Positions 48,376 through 59,456 of a stretch of 64,000 nt of DNA are shown here, piece by piece. A model generated the notes under the pieces. That model was not told the origin of the DNA, searched no databases, and saw nothing but the letters and a program-made list of their open reading frames with translations. The translations under genes and the position numbers were made by a program. Numbering within the stretch: the first letter of the stretch is position 1; every line of letters starts with the position of its first letter. Source of the DNA: Halieaceae bacterium (lineage in GTDB: Bacteria > Pseudomonadota > Gammaproteobacteria > Pseudomonadales > Halieaceae). Location of the stretch: NCBI GenBank assembly GCA_965205725.1, contig OZ242189.1:2407973-2471972 (forward strand). The letters are read 5' to 3'.

Positions 48376-48714
48376 TCAGTGACGCTCGGAAACCATATTG
48401 ATTGTATAGCGTGGTATTTCCACGACCAAGCCTTCATCCGCAACGATGGCCTGGCAGCTCAAGCGCGAATCTGGCTCCAGCCCCCAGGCCTTATCCAGAT
48501 AGTCATCTTCCAGCTCATCGGCTTCTTCAAGGGAGTCGTAACCCTCGCGCACGATCACATGGCAGGTGGTGCAGGCACAGGACATTTCACAGGCATGCTC
48601 TATAGCGACATGGTTGCGCAGCAAGGCCTCGCAAACACTCTCGCCTTTTTCCGCTTCAATCACCGTGCCTTCGGGACACAGATTCACATTCGGCAATACA
48701 ACAATTTGCGGCAT
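48376..48714 (-). CDS. fdx: ISC-system [2Fe-2S] ferredoxin
   Basis: 112 aa with the cluster ligands CEMSCACTTCH...C. Confidence 0.93.
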   Translation of the reverse strand: MPQIVVLPNVNLCPEGTVIEAEKGESVCEALLRNHVAIEHACEMSCACTTCHVIVREGYDSLEEADELEDDYLDKAWGLEPDSRLSCQAIVADEGLVVEIPRYTINMVSERH

Positions 48715-50567
48715 TAGCTACCCTCACCTTCATCAAACTGGTCAATCGAAACACCAGACAATGCCTTGCTGATTGTCGCATCCATGCGTCGAGCCGCAAA
48801 TGACTCGCTGTGCCGTCCGAGAGACTCTGTCGCCAACTTGAGTTCGTCAGCATCCTCCGAGCGCGCAGCCAATTCGGTCAGCTCAGACATCGCGGCCCGC
48901 AGACTGTTCAACTCATCAGGCTCCAGCAAGTCGGCATCAGCATCAATCGCTACTGCCAGACCTTGCAGCAATTGCTCAGCGCTAACCCGTTGCTCAGCCA
49001 ACAAGCGGGAGCGCATATCTTGTTCAGCATTTTCCCAAGACGCTTTGAGCATGTGCGCAATCTGATCATCGCTGAGTCCAAAAGATGGTTTCACTGTAAT
49101 ACTGCTCTCAACACCGCTGGTTTCCTCTCTGGCGCTGACTCCCAGCAGGCCATCGGCGTCCACCTGAAAAGTCACGAGTATCCGCGCTGCACCCGCCACC
49201 ATAGACGGAATACCTCGCAACTCAAATCGTGCCAGGGAACGGCAGTGGTCAACCAGCTCGCGCTCTCCTTGCAGTACATGCAAAGCCATCGCCGTTTGTC
49301 CATCTTTATAGGTCGTGAACTCCTGGGCCTTGGCAACCGGAATTGTCGTATTTCGCGGAATCACTCGCTCCACCAATCCGCCCATGGTCTCCAACCCCAG
49401 GGACAGCGGAATCACATCCAGCAACAACAGCTCTTTATCGGGTTTATTTCCGACCAGAACATCAGCCTGTAGCGCCGCACCGACTGCTACTACCGTATCG
49501 GGGTTAATAGAGGTTAGTGGCTCGCGAGAAAACATCTCGGCGACCGCCGAACGCACCAGCGGCACCCGAGTTGAACCGCCAACCATTATCACCTGATCAA
49601 CCTGATCCACACTTGTTTCTGCATCGCGAAGCGCACGCTGACAACTGCGCAAAGTACGTTTAACCAGTGGCTGAATAAGGCCCTCAAACTGCTCGCGACT
49701 CAGCTCCCAACTTTGACCAAATGCGTCAAAACGAGTCACTTCAAGTTCGGTTAGAGCCTCTTTCGCCACTCGGGCTGCACGCAGAGCATTCAGATAACCA
49801 ACGTCATCGCGGGCAGTCTTTCCCTGTTGCTCCAACGCCCAATCGACGATGACTTGATCCAGATCATCGCCGCCCAAGGCACTGTCGCCACCCGTGGCGA
49901 GCACCTCAAAAACTCCGTGCTGTAACCGCAGAATCGATATATCGAAGGTGCCACCACCTAAATCATAAACTGCAATAGTGCCTTCTTTGCCACTGTCCAG
50001 ACCATAGGCAACCGCAGCCGCTGTCGGCTCATTGAGCAGGCGCAATACGTTCAGCCCTGCCAGGGTCGCGGCATCCTTGGTCGCCTGCCTCTGGGACTCA
50101 TCAAAGTAGGCGGGAACGGTAATCACTACACCGTCAACTGATGCGCCCAGGGTCTTCCCGCCGCGCTCGGCAAGTGTTGCCAGAATTTCTGCGGACGCCT
50201 GTACTGGCGTTACTTCACCCGCACTCGTTACAAAGCGCGCCATGCCCTCCGTCTCTGCCAGGCGGTAATTGTTATTAGCTGCTTGACCAGCGCCGCGGCC
50301 CATCAAGCGCTTGAATGACTGCAAACTGTCCTGTGGGGAATCTGTTGCCAATGCCATGGCGCTGTAGCCTACTTCCTTGCGGTCGGCACCGTAATAAACC
50401 GCCGACGGCAATAGCGTGCGACCCTGCGTATCTGGCAATGGCTCGGCCGTGCCACTGCGAACTGCCGCAACCAGCGAATTTGTGGTACCCAAATCAATAC
50501 CAAGCGCATGTTTGCGTTCGTGCGGAGCCGCTGTTTGCCCAGGTTCAGATATTTGTAAAAGCGCCAT
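48714..50567 (-). CDS. hscA: Fe-S cluster assembly chaperone HscA (Hsp70 family)
   Basis: 617 aa with GIDLGTTNS and DLGGGTFD, in the isc operon. Confidence 0.95.
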   Translation of the reverse strand: MALLQISEPGQTAAPHERKHALGIDLGTTNSLVAAVRSGTAEPLPDTQGRTLLPSAVYYGADRKEVGYSAMALATDSPQDSLQSFKRLMGRGAGQAANNNYRLAETEGMARFVTSAGEVTPVQASAEILATLAERGGKTLGASVDGVVITVPAYFDESQRQATKDAATLAGLNVLRLLNEPTAAAVAYGLDSGKEGTIAVYDLGGGTFDISILRLQHGVFEVLATGGDSALGGDDLDQVIVDWALEQQGKTARDDVGYLNALRAARVAKEALTELEVTRFDAFGQSWELSREQFEGLIQPLVKRTLRSCQRALRDAETSVDQVDQVIMVGGSTRVPLVRSAVAEMFSREPLTSINPDTVVAVGAALQADVLVGNKPDKELLLLDVIPLSLGLETMGGLVERVIPRNTTIPVAKAQEFTTYKDGQTAMALHVLQGERELVDHCRSLARFELRGIPSMVAGAARILVTFQVDADGLLGVSAREETSGVESSITVKPSFGLSDDQIAHMLKASWENAEQDMRSRLLAEQRVSAEQLLQGLAVAIDADADLLEPDELNSLRAAMSELTELAARSEDADELKLATESLGRHSESFAARRMDATISKALSGVSIDQFDEGEGS

Positions 50568-50582
50568 TGTTAATCATTCACC

Positions 50583-51113
50583 TCAGGAGTCCAACAAAGT
50601 GCTTTCCAGCAACTCTGCTTCGGCGCGAAGTTTATCAAGGTATTGCATTTTAACGACTTCCACTGCCGCCGCTTCCCAGGATTGTTTCTCCATGGCCTTC
50701 GTCAGGGTCTGGCTGTGTTGCGCCCAGTCCCGCGCAAGCTCATCCATAAAATGCTCGAGTAGGGTATCGGGTTCAACCAGGTTGTGAAGACTCTCGAGCT
50801 TTTCGCGCAACTCCATCTGCTCCATCAAGAAATCCCCAGCCAGCTTTTGAGAGGCAACCCGCTCTCCATCCCAACCGGCAATTTCGAGCAGGTAGAGTGC
50901 GCGAGTCAGGGGCTGCTTGAGTGTGTCAAACGCTTCATTAATAAAGGCCGAGAATTGAACCGCGACGCGCTGTTCCTGGGCGCTGGCGCCAGCAAACTTG
51001 TCTGGGTGCGCCCGCCGCTGCAAATGCCGATAACGCTCGGCCAAATCAACCGTATTCAGCTCAAACTGCTGTGGCAAATCGAACAGAGAAAAATATGACT
51101 GGGTAAAATCCAA
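50583..51113 (-). CDS. hscB: Co-chaperone HscB
   Basis: 176 aa with a J-domain carrying HPDKF and a helical C-domain. Confidence 0.9.
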   Translation of the reverse strand: MDFTQSYFSLFDLPQQFELNTVDLAERYRHLQRRAHPDKFAGASAQEQRVAVQFSAFINEAFDTLKQPLTRALYLLEIAGWDGERVASQKLAGDFLMEQMELREKLESLHNLVEPDTLLEHFMDELARDWAQHSQTLTKAMEKQSWEAAAVEVVKMQYLDKLRAEAELLESTLLDS

Positions 51114-51116
51114 GGC

Positions 51117-51440
51117 TCAGACAGTGAAGCTTTCACCACAGCCGCACTCTCCGGAAACATTAGGGTTATTAAACTGAAACCCTTCGTTGAGCCCTTCTTT
51201 TACGAAGTCGAGCTCGGTGCCTTCGAGGTAGGACATACTCTTGGGGTCTATGACTACCTTCACCCCAAACCCCTCAAATATTTGATCTTCGGGCTCCGCT
51301 TGATCGACAAATTCAAGGACATAGGCCATACCCGAACAGCCGGAGGTTCTCACGCCCACACGAACCCCCATACCACTCCCGCGATTTTCAAGGTGCCGTT
51401 GCACATGCTCTGCAGCGGCCTGAGTCAGCGAAACACCCAT
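51117..51440 (-). CDS. iscA: Iron-sulfur cluster insertion protein IscA
   Basis: 107 aa with the Cys ligands GCSG and CGCGESF. Confidence 0.93.
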   Translation of the reverse strand: MGVSLTQAAAEHVQRHLENRGSGMGVRVGVRTSGCSGMAYVLEFVDQAEPEDQIFEGFGVKVVIDPKSMSYLEGTELDFVKEGLNEGFQFNNPNVSGECGCGESFTV

Positions 51441-51443
51441 AAC

Positions 51444-51827
51444 TTACCGGCCCTGCTTCTCTCGGAAATTGGCAACTGCCGCTTTTATGGCATCTTCCGC
51501 CAGTACAGAGCAGTGAATCTTCACTGGCGGTAAAGCCAGCTCTTCTGCTATCTCGGTATTGCGAATTTGCTCTGCTTCATTGAGGCTCTTGCCCTTCACC
51601 CACTCAGTGAGCAACGAGCTCGAAGCAATTGCAGAGCCACAGCCATAAGTTTTGAATTTGGCATCTTCAATAACACCGTCATCCCCAACCTTGATTTGCA
51701 GCCGCATTACATCGCCGCAGGCGGGGGCGCCCACCATGCCAGTACCTACGGTACCGTCATTGTCATCGAACTTTCCCACATTGCGGGGGTTTTCATAATG
51801 ATCCAGAACCTTGTCACTATAAGCCAT
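51444..51827 (-). CDS. iscU: Fe-S cluster scaffold IscU
   Basis: 127 aa with GAPACGDVMRLQ, LPPVKIHCS and GCGSAIASSS. Confidence 0.96.
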   Translation of the reverse strand: MAYSDKVLDHYENPRNVGKFDDNDGTVGTGMVGAPACGDVMRLQIKVGDDGVIEDAKFKTYGCGSAIASSSLLTEWVKGKSLNEAEQIRNTEIAEELALPPVKIHCSVLAEDAIKAAVANFREKQGR

Positions 51828-51845
51828 GGTTATCTCCTGTCATTC

Positions 51846-53060
51846 CTAGTGTGCAGCCCACTCGATTTTATCCAAGTCGACACCGTCTTTGTGCATATCC
51901 CAAAGCGGCGAAAGCTCGCGTAATTTATCCACCGCGTGACGCAACTGCTCAGCGGCATGATCAACATCTTCTTCGCTCGTAAAGCGGCCAAAGCTAAAAC
52001 GCAGAGAACTGTGCGCCAATTCATCGCTCAGGCCCAGTGCTCTCAAAACATAGGACGGCTCCAGGCTGGCAGAGGTACAGGCCGAGCCACTCGAAACTGC
52101 CAAATCTTTCAGGGACATAATCAGTGATTCACCCTCGACAAAATTAATACTGACATTTAAACCACCGGGTAAGCGCTGGTTCTGATCACCATTGAGACGC
52201 ACTTCTTCAATATCACTGATAGCCGCCCAAAAACGTTCACGCAAGGCCAGCAGACGCGCCCCTTCTTCTGCCATTTCCCGCCTGGCAATATAAGCCGCCT
52301 CTCCCATACCGACGATCTGATGCGTTGCCAGGGTGCCAGAACGCATGCCCCGTTCATGGCCACCACCATGTATCTGCGCCTCCAGGCGTACCCGTGGCTT
52401 ACGTCGCACATATAACGCACCCATTCCCTTGGGGCCGTACATTTTGTGCGCGGACATGGAGAACAAATCTATTTTCATAGCCGCCATATCAACTGGAATT
52501 TTGCCAGCAGACTGGGCGCCATCGACGTGAAAGAGGACGCCATTAGCCCGAGTAATCGCCCCAATCGCGGCCACATCATTGACGATGCCAATTTCATTAT
52601 TGGCATGCATGATGCTGACCAAAACCGTGTCTTCGCGCAGCGCTGCCGCAACTGCTTCAGATGATGTTAAACCATTGGAGTCGGGGTCAAGGTAGGTCAC
52701 CTCATAGCCTTCCCGCTCCAGTTGTCGGCAAGTATCCAGAACCGCCTTATGCTCAATTTTGGAGGTAATGATGTGTTTGCCTTTGCGCTGATTGAAATGA
52801 GCGACACCTTTAATCGCCAGGTTATCCGACTCGGTAGCCCCGCTGGTCCAGACGATCTCTCGCGGGTCTGCATTGATTAAATCAGCCACATTGCGACGGG
52901 CATTTTCTACTGCTTCTTCAGCTTTCCAGCCATACAGATGGGAGCGCGAAGCGGCATTGCCGAAATTACCCTCCATGGTCAGACACCCAATCATTTTTTC
53001 CGCCACCCGGGGGTCAACCGGTGTGGTGGCGAAATAATCAAAATAGATTGGCAACTGCAT
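51846..53060 (-). CDS. iscS: Cysteine desulfurase IscS
   Basis: [19 protein letters not shown] (E. coli has [19 protein letters not shown]), PLP lysine context [10 protein letters not shown], and the active loop SSGSACTS. Confidence 0.96.
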   Translation of the reverse strand: MQLPIYFDYFATTPVDPRVAEKMIGCLTMEGNFGNAASRSHLYGWKAEEAVENARRNVADLINADPREIVWTSGATESDNLAIKGVAHFNQRKGKHIITSKIEHKAVLDTCRQLEREGYEVTYLDPDSNGLTSSEAVAAALREDTVLVSIMHANNEIGIVNDVAAIGAITRANGVLFHVDGAQSAGKIPVDMAAMKIDLFSMSAHKMYGPKGMGALYVRRKPRVRLEAQIHGGGHERGMRSGTLATHQIVGMGEAAYIARREMAEEGARLLALRERFWAAISDIEEVRLNGDQNQRLPGGLNVSINFVEGESLIMSLKDLAVSSGSACTSASLEPSYVLRALGLSDELAHSSLRFSFGRFTSEEDVDHAAEQLRHAVDKLRELSPLWDMHKDGVDLDKIEWAAH

Positions 53061-53089
53061 GCTGTTCATTCTCCCGTGGGCCAATGTCC

Positions 53090-53569
53090 CTAATGGCTGA
53101 CTTCAAGCAAAGCCAAATTACTGTGTTCACCTCTGCGTGAATCCTGCCGCGCGGAAATACTCTGTACCTCGCGACGCTTGACAAGGCTCGTTAAACTGAT
53201 GCCGCTGAGGAAGTTATGAATTTGATCACTCAGGTCACACCAGAGGTGGTGAGTGAGACAAATTTCTCCCTGCTGGCAATTAGTGGAACCGCCACAACCG
53301 GTTGCATCCACATTCTCATTGACCGCATCAACGATCTCTGCGACAAAAATTTGCTGACCAGGTCTGCTTAAGCGGTAGCCCCCGCCAGGGCCGCGCACAC
53401 TTTGTACCAGCTCGGAACGACGCAACTTGGAAAACAACTGCTCAAGGTATGACAGGGAGATATCCTGCCGACCAGAAATATCCGCCAGACTAACCGGACC
53501 AGTATCTGCGTGAATCGCAAGGTCCAGCATGGCGGTTACCGCGTAACGGCCTTTGGTTGTCAATCGCAT
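53090..53569 (-). CDS. iscR: Fe-S cluster regulator IscR (Rrf2 family)
   Basis: 159 aa with [18 protein letters not shown] and a Cys-rich ligand segment [19 protein letters not shown]. Confidence 0.93.
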   Translation of the reverse strand: MRLTTKGRYAVTAMLDLAIHADTGPVSLADISGRQDISLSYLEQLFSKLRRSELVQSVRGPGGGYRLSRPGQQIFVAEIVDAVNENVDATGCGGSTNCQQGEICLTHHLWCDLSDQIHNFLSGISLTSLVKRREVQSISARQDSRRGEHSNLALLEVSH

Positions 53570-53612
53570 ATGCGCTGCTCCGCAGGGGCAGTAGAATGGG
53601 CGAGAGTATGCA

Positions 53613-53662
53613 ATAACCTACTGATTTTGTCAACTATTTAACCTAGTAATTTAGTAGGAAAT
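53613..53662 (-). promoter_or_regulatory. Two adjacent IscR type-1-like boxes upstream of iscR
   Basis: The minus strand reads ATAGTTGACAAAATCAGTAGGTTAT (53613-53637) and ATTTCCTACTAAATTACTAGGTTAA (53638-53662). These resemble the E. coli iscR promoter sites ATAGTTGACCAATTTACTCGGGAAT and ATACCCGACTAAATCAGTCAAGTAA. Confidence 0.5.
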
Positions 53663-53861
53663 ATCGACTCCTTTTATTCAGCAATTTATACCGGCAGGCG
53701 ACAGTAGCGGGATTTTTAGTATGGGATGACCGGTAAGGTCATTTAAAAATCTTCCGCTGCCTGTCTTTGTTAGACCGAGCGCGAAGCGTTGCAGGCTCAC
53801 CAGGGCAATACCCATTGTCGGTAGCCGTTAGACCGGAGCGAGCGGACCAATTTAACTGTTT

Positions 53862-54605
53862 CTACCTGCTTCCCTGTAACTTTTTGACGGTCTTCTGAGT
53901 CTCGCTGAGAACACCCCTGAGAATATTTAATTCCATTTCATCGGGTGTAATTCTCGAATATAACCGGCGCAGGCGAGTCATCAACTGACGTGGTGCGGCA
54001 GGGTTGAGGAACCCAAGTTGCACCAGGGTCTCCTCAAGGTGTTCGTAATAGCGCTCCATATTTTCCGCCGTTGCAAACGGAGTATCCCATCCGGCTTCGG
54101 CGAAATCCGGCAACGCTTCTGCGACCGCCAGCATACGCAGTTCATAGGTGACAATTTGTACCGCCATTGCCAAATTCAGGCTGGTGTAATCTTCATGCGA
54201 AGGGATATTCAGGTGTAACTGGCACTGCTGCAACTCTGCATTGGTGAGTCCGCGGTCTTCTCGGCCAAAAACCACTGCAACTTTGGCGCCGCTATTGTTG
54301 CGTTCAGCTATTTTTTCAGCGCAACGGCGCGGGTCCAAAGTCGGCCATGGAATTCTGCGGTCTCTCGCGCTGGTACCCACAATATACTGACAATCTGCCA
54401 CAGCGGCCTCCAGGTCGTTAACAACCACAGCGGAGTCGAGCACATCAACAGCGCTGGCCGCTCGCCACTGCGCTTGCTCATCTGGAAATTTTCGTGGCGC
54501 CACCAAATAAAGCTCCACCAGCCCCATATTTTTCATGGCACGCGCCACGCCACCAATATTGCCGGGGTGTGTAGTATTTACCAGTACGATGCGAATTGAT
54601 TCCAT
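53862..54605 (-). CDS. trmJ: tRNA (cytidine/uridine-2'-O)-methyltransferase TrmJ (SpoU family)
   Basis: 247 aa with IRIVLVNTTHPGNIGGVARAMKNMG and SLNLAMAV. It has the conserved position upstream of iscR. Confidence 0.85.
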   Translation of the reverse strand: MESIRIVLVNTTHPGNIGGVARAMKNMGLVELYLVAPRKFPDEQAQWRAASAVDVLDSAVVVNDLEAAVADCQYIVGTSARDRRIPWPTLDPRRCAEKIAERNNSGAKVAVVFGREDRGLTNAELQQCQLHLNIPSHEDYTSLNLAMAVQIVTYELRMLAVAEALPDFAEAGWDTPFATAENMERYYEHLEETLVQLGFLNPAAPRQLMTRLRRLYSRITPDEMELNILRGVLSETQKTVKKLQGSR

Positions 54606-54755
54606 CCAAAAGCCCTGTTTTCTGCGGCGCGAAGTGCCGTTTAAAGCAAACCCGTGCTGACTTGATTACCTTATCCAAGGGCAACGACTGGAAGGTGCAG
54701 ATGGGGGTTGGCGGTAACGACGGTTATAGAGTTAGGTTTGTTGTTCAAAGAACTA

Positions 54756-55926
54756 GTGTAGTGTATTGAACTGATTCATGTTATATAAAGTGCTTCATTC
54801 ACTACCCATTTGAAGCCAATGCCCGCCCAAATAGACATCACTTTATCAGCGCAAGAGAAAAAGCAGTTGGAAAAACAGGTTAGGAGCAAAACGACACCGG
54901 TACGATTGGTAGAGCGCTCAAGGATCATTCTGCTCGCTGCAAAAAATATTCCCAACTACAAGATTGCTGAAGAGCTGGAAATTGATGCCAACAAAGTGGG
55001 CCGGTGGCGCAATCGTTTTTTCGAGAGAGGGCTTAAGGGGATAGAGAAAGATTTACCCAGAGGGGCTAATCACGGCGGCAAGAATTCTGCGGACCAGGCA
55101 AAGCTGCGTTCGAAAGTCATCAAGATAACCACGCAGGAAAAACCCAAGGATGGCACCCACTGGACGACCCGAGGTTTGGCAAAAGTGATGGGAATTAATC
55201 ACTCCTTTATAAACAGAGTGTGGCGAGAAGTTGGTTTGAAGCCACACCTGGTTGCCCGATTCAAGGTGAGCAGCGACCCTGCCTTTGAAGACAAGCTACG
55301 CGATGTCGTTGGCTTGTATGTATCGCCGCCAGAGAATGCCGTTGTTTTCTGTGTTGACGAGAAGAGTTCCATTCAAGCGCTGGATAGGTCGCAGCCGGGA
55401 TTGCCGATGAAGCCAGGACGCGCCGGAACCATGACTCACGACTATAAGCGTCATGGTACAAGCACCTTGTTTGCGGCACTGAACACCCTGACGGGTGATA
55501 TTATCGGTGAGTGTAAGAAGCGTCACCGGCACCAGGAGTTTTTGGCGTTTCTGAAGACTGTGGAGAAACAAACACCCAAAGAGTTAGACCTTCACCTTAT
55601 CGTTGACAACTATGCGACGCACAAACACGAAACAGTGAAGAACTGGATTAAGCGTCATAAGAGAGTTCACTTACACTTTATTCCAACGAGTTCTTCGTGG
55701 CTAAATCTGGTGGAGAGATTTTTTGGATGGTTGACAGAAAGGCGGCTGCGTCGTGGTGTATTCACATCAGTACAACAGTTGGAAGAGACTATCATGGATT
55801 TTATTGAGAGACACAATGAAGATAAAAAGCCATTTGTTTGGACAAAGTCTGCGGGAGAGATTCTGGAGAAAGTGGGCCGCGCAAGACATGCACTCTCAAA
55901 TCAATAATTAGTTTAATACACTACAC
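54756..55926 (+). mobile_element. IS630-family insertion sequence (intact)
   Basis: Terminal inverted repeats GTGTAGTGTATTGAAC... and ...GTTTAATACACTACAC. A TA dinucleotide lies on both sides (54754-55 and 55927-28), which is the family's target duplication. Confidence 0.85.
54810..55907 (+). CDS. IS630-family DDE transposase
   Basis: 365 aa with N-terminal HTH domains and DDE residues in FCVDEKS, LIVDNYATH and SSWLNLVERFF. The start is TTG 54810 or ATG 54819. Confidence 0.9.
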   Translation: MKPMPAQIDITLSAQEKKQLEKQVRSKTTPVRLVERSRIILLAAKNIPNYKIAEELEIDANKVGRWRNRFFERGLKGIEKDLPRGANHGGKNSADQAKLRSKVIKITTQEKPKDGTHWTTRGLAKVMGINHSFINRVWREVGLKPHLVARFKVSSDPAFEDKLRDVVGLYVSPPENAVVFCVDEKSSIQALDRSQPGLPMKPGRAGTMTHDYKRHGTSTLFAALNTLTGDIIGECKKRHRHQEFLAFLKTVEKQTPKELDLHLIVDNYATHKHETVKNWIKRHKRVHLHFIPTSSSWLNLVERFFGWLTERRLRRGVFTSVQQLEETIMDFIERHNEDKKPFVWTKSAGEILEKVGRARHALSNQ

Positions 55927-56007
55927 TAGGGCACCTCAATCTTTAACGGCTAAGAAGTGCTTATAATCGCGCTCATGTACGCCGAGTATTTTTGCTCTCC
56001 ATGTGGC

Positions 56008-57372
56008 TCAGTTGTTTTCATTCATGGTGCTAATGGCGAATTTCTCAAGCAGCACCTTACTTGGGTGATTGGCGAGCGAGACAAGTTTATTTGCCAGCGC
56101 AATTGGTACAATTGCATCATCGTACATATCGCACTTGAGCTTTTGGATGTTGCTAAGCACTATATCCAAATTAGCATAATGTTCTTTGCTAGGCTCAAGG
56201 ATCACATTTTTATCAGGCACGGGTACAGTCACTACAAGGATTTGGCCATCTTCTGAATGAAATATAACCTTGCCACTATAGTAGGAAGTGCGGCCATAGT
56301 GCATTTTTGCTGAATCCCCAGGGATAATATACTTGTAAATATAGCTATTACTTAGAAGGATAAACCTTCCTGCCTGTAACATAGGGGAGCCAGTTGGAGG
56401 TGATGATACCTCTTGTGCATGCTCAACAAATGCTCCGCTTTTCTCAAGGCCGACAAGAAAAAGATTATTATGTTCTTTTAGGTAATTGCATAGAGCCCGC
56501 ATGGGCGCATTCATATTGGCAGTTTGCCCAGAAAAGCTTAATGGCCCATCAGCAATAAAAAGAAATTCATTTAGTAGCCTTGTTTGGTGCTTGTGTATAA
56601 ATCGAATAAAGTGTACGAGAATTAATTGTTCAATCAGACGAGTTAAATAACCCAATATTCCGGTAGCACCCTGCTCCTCATCCACAGCTTCGTGAAGACG
56701 GAAGACATCCGTCAAATACACAGCTCCAGAAGGAGAATTAAATGTGTAATCATCGTTCATGTCGGACTGTGTAAGTGAGTATTTCCCTGTGCCAACGTTA
56801 AGGTTTGGGTTACTTGCCAAGTCATAGCTATTACGTGGTGTATCTCGATACTCTTCAAAAATAAACCACTTTAATGTTTCCATAAATGTAGAGCTATCCC
56901 TCTGCTTCATGAAAAAATCATAGATAGTTTTTCGCATAGAATCTTTAAGCGAAAACTCTTTGTTGGTGACAATATTCTTTATTGGTATTGCAAGCTTGAA
57001 TCGCTGAAGGTTATGTAGTTTTTGCATGTCTTCAGGAAAGATATACGGCTTTTCAGATAGTCCCTCCAAGTCTTTGACATTAAAAAGCACTGCGCCAAAT
57101 TGAAAAAAAGCAAGCTGGGCACTTGGGAAGTTCTTCTTTACCTCTACCGTTGTATATCCACCATCAACTGCAAGTATATTGGTGATGGGGTTGTTGGTCT
57201 GAGTATCAAGGGTTTCAAAATCAGTTGTATCATTACTATCTATATCGTTTGAATTTTTAGGCAGAGAACAGGTGCTTATGAAATCCTTAATAAAAGGGTC
57301 ATTAATGATATGAGTGTGATTGATTTTCGCTGCCCACTCGTTGGGCTTATTCCCCCTGCTGGTAGAACCCAT
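56008..57372 (-). CDS. NurA-like (RNase-H-fold) nuclease, third gene of the island operon
   Basis: 454 aa and AT-rich. Motifs ILAVDGGY, FIADGPLSF, VGLEKSGAF and C-terminal VPIALANKLVSL correspond to the conserved NurA blocks (DGS, DG.L, G..K(S/T), YP..L..AH-like). The gene starts 2 nt after the ATPase stop. Confidence 0.6.
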   Translation of the reverse strand: MGSTSRGNKPNEWAAKINHTHIINDPFIKDFISTCSLPKNSNDIDSNDTTDFETLDTQTNNPITNILAVDGGYTTVEVKKNFPSAQLAFFQFGAVLFNVKDLEGLSEKPYIFPEDMQKLHNLQRFKLAIPIKNIVTNKEFSLKDSMRKTIYDFFMKQRDSSTFMETLKWFIFEEYRDTPRNSYDLASNPNLNVGTGKYSLTQSDMNDDYTFNSPSGAVYLTDVFRLHEAVDEEQGATGILGYLTRLIEQLILVHFIRFIHKHQTRLLNEFLFIADGPLSFSGQTANMNAPMRALCNYLKEHNNLFLVGLEKSGAFVEHAQEVSSPPTGSPMLQAGRFILLSNSYIYKYIIPGDSAKMHYGRTSYYSGKVIFHSEDGQILVVTVPVPDKNVILEPSKEHYANLDIVLSNIQKLKCDMYDDAIVPIALANKLVSLANHPSKVLLEKFAISTMNENN

Positions 57373-57374
57373 CG

Positions 57375-59456
57375 TTAAACTTCCTTGTTGGCGAGAAATC
57401 TATCTATTTGGACCGGCACAACAAAAGGATTTGTATAGGTCTTCATACGGACAAAACCCTTATCGTTTCCTGAGCTAAACTTGAGCAGTGATCCTATAAA
57501 GTCAGAAAAATCGTAATATTTGCGCAGTTCTTTCAGTTCATCTTCATTATTTAGATGGGCAATGAACCAATTCTGAGTATTCTTCAATATATTGGAGCTG
57601 ATAGAGCTGACTTCCTGGGTAGCATACGTCATACCTAAATGAAGTTTCGCGCCCTCTTTAGCTAGCCGATTATATACGTCACTCAAGTCTTTATCATCTT
57701 TCTTGGGAAAAAGATTGTGAGCTTCTTCAAAATAAAATTGTATATGGTTATTTGGAAGAGTTTTAGTAAACCTATCCATAGAATCTTCAAAAACTTTCCT
57801 CGTTATCTTTTCCGAGTACAGGTTTCTGATCCTTTCTTCCCCTTGAGCAAGGTCTATAATTACAATTTTGCCTTTTCTTAGGGCATTGAGAATTTCAGTC
57901 TCAAAGGACGTGCTAGATAATTCAGTGTGTAAATTTTGAAACTGTCGTAATAGCCTAAATCCACTATAACTTGCTTGCTTTCCGGGGCCGGGTTTCCTTG
58001 TTAAAAAAGTCAATAAAGCAAGCATATCTTCATCAAAAAAATCCTTTTCCTTATCTTTTCTATAGGCTTCAAACTTTTCCCGATGCTCATCGTTGTCCAA
58101 CGCATCAAAAACAGTTTTGAACCATCGTGTTGCTTGATCTAAAGTTAAGCCATTATGAGGTGCAAGGTCATCAACAATTTTGTTGACAGTCTTTGCACAG
58201 CCATAGAATTTGACACGTTCCATACTGGAGGGCAGCCTATAGCCTGCTTCATGAAGGCAGCACTTATATATTGCAACTTTTTTGTCATATGCAATCGCAG
58301 CATGTCTTTCATCACTGGTTTTATCTTGCTGGGATTTAAAGTAATTTTCAGGCTCTATCAAATCTACTGTACAGAAGCTTTTGATATAGTTGCTAGACTG
58401 ATCGGAAAGGCCGCTTGTAATCAGTTTAAATCCAGCTTGTAATTCATTGTAAAAGTTGACCTTAAGGACTTTGAAACCTTTATCCGTTTTATCTACTATG
58501 GAGTAGCGATCAACCAACTGCTCGTATAATTCAAATATCGCAGTTCCTTTATCCTGGAGATTGGGATTTGCATATTCACCGTTTACATCAAAGATTATCT
58601 GACCAACCGGATACTGTGGTGCACCTTCATCAGAAAAAGGAGGCAACTCATTTGTAACGGTAGGTAGATTAGCGGTAAGGGATTTTTTTGATATTTCAGC
58701 AGTAGCCTCAATAATTTTCTTAACCGTATTAGATTTACCAGTACGAGTCATGCCGAATAAAGCGGTTCTTTTACCAACAAAATCTTGGGGGCTTATATAA
58801 ACTTCGACATTCTCAGAGGTGGATTGGAAGCGCCGACTTGAAGAATATCTAACAATACCAATTTTGAACTCATTTTCATTACCAGCGACAATTTCACTGT
58901 CTCGCTGATTAACAATTTTCCTCAAAACTTCATCTGTAGCCTTATAAACACTATAGTTGTTTGCGGAATAAAAGTTTTCTAGATCTGCACCGAATTCAAG
59001 TGTTTCTATTTCTCTCTCTTCACCATCTTGCCGGATATGTTCCTTTAGCTTATAAAAAGCACCTAGTACGCGACATTGAAGACCGGAAAAACTAAATTCA
59101 TAGCGGGTGAAATCATCTAACTTGCTAGGATTTACACTTCCTGCCCTGCCACTTATGTCAGCGCCATCTTTATAATATTCAATCATTGAGCTAACGACGT
59201 CATTATCTGTTGGTAGCTTGGAGGGAGTTAATGCGCGTAAAAGTATGGCCTCTTCTACACCATCTTCACCATCATAGAAAGCGAGAAGGAAAGTCCCTTG
59301 AGGGATACCCTTAACACGATGCTTCCAAGCATCGGAAACTAGAATTTGAGCGCTCTCATAGTCTAGGTAAAAAGGGCGGCCAACAAACAGCTCGTCTTTA
59401 CGACCTTCCTTGAAAATATCGATATTTAAAATATCTCTAAGCTTCTGCTCTAACAC
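57375..59456 (-). CDS. HerA/FtsK-superfamily P-loop ATPase (DUF87-like), second gene of the island operon
   Basis: 693 aa. It has an N-terminal barrel-like segment (VGRPFYLDYESAQILVSD...GTFLLAFY), Walker A GMTRTGKSNT, Walker B FYFEEAHNLFP and YATQEVSSIS...NWFIAHLNNEDE. This is the HerA pattern hhhhEEAH / TQ.P / ..l.n..d. Confidence 0.7.
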   Translation of the reverse strand: MLEQKLRDILNIDIFKEGRKDELFVGRPFYLDYESAQILVSDAWKHRVKGIPQGTFLLAFYDGEDGVEEAILLRALTPSKLPTDNDVVSSMIEYYKDGADISGRAGSVNPSKLDDFTRYEFSFSGLQCRVLGAFYKLKEHIRQDGEEREIETLEFGADLENFYSANNYSVYKATDEVLRKIVNQRDSEIVAGNENEFKIGIVRYSSSRRFQSTSENVEVYISPQDFVGKRTALFGMTRTGKSNTVKKIIEATAEISKKSLTANLPTVTNELPPFSDEGAPQYPVGQIIFDVNGEYANPNLQDKGTAIFELYEQLVDRYSIVDKTDKGFKVLKVNFYNELQAGFKLITSGLSDQSSNYIKSFCTVDLIEPENYFKSQQDKTSDERHAAIAYDKKVAIYKCCLHEAGYRLPSSMERVKFYGCAKTVNKIVDDLAPHNGLTLDQATRWFKTVFDALDNDEHREKFEAYRKDKEKDFFDEDMLALLTFLTRKPGPGKQASYSGFRLLRQFQNLHTELSSTSFETEILNALRKGKIVIIDLAQGEERIRNLYSEKITRKVFEDSMDRFTKTLPNNHIQFYFEEAHNLFPKKDDKDLSDVYNRLAKEGAKLHLGMTYATQEVSSISSNILKNTQNWFIAHLNNEDELKELRKYYDFSDFIGSLLKFSSGNDKGFVRMKTYTNPFVVPVQIDRFLANKEV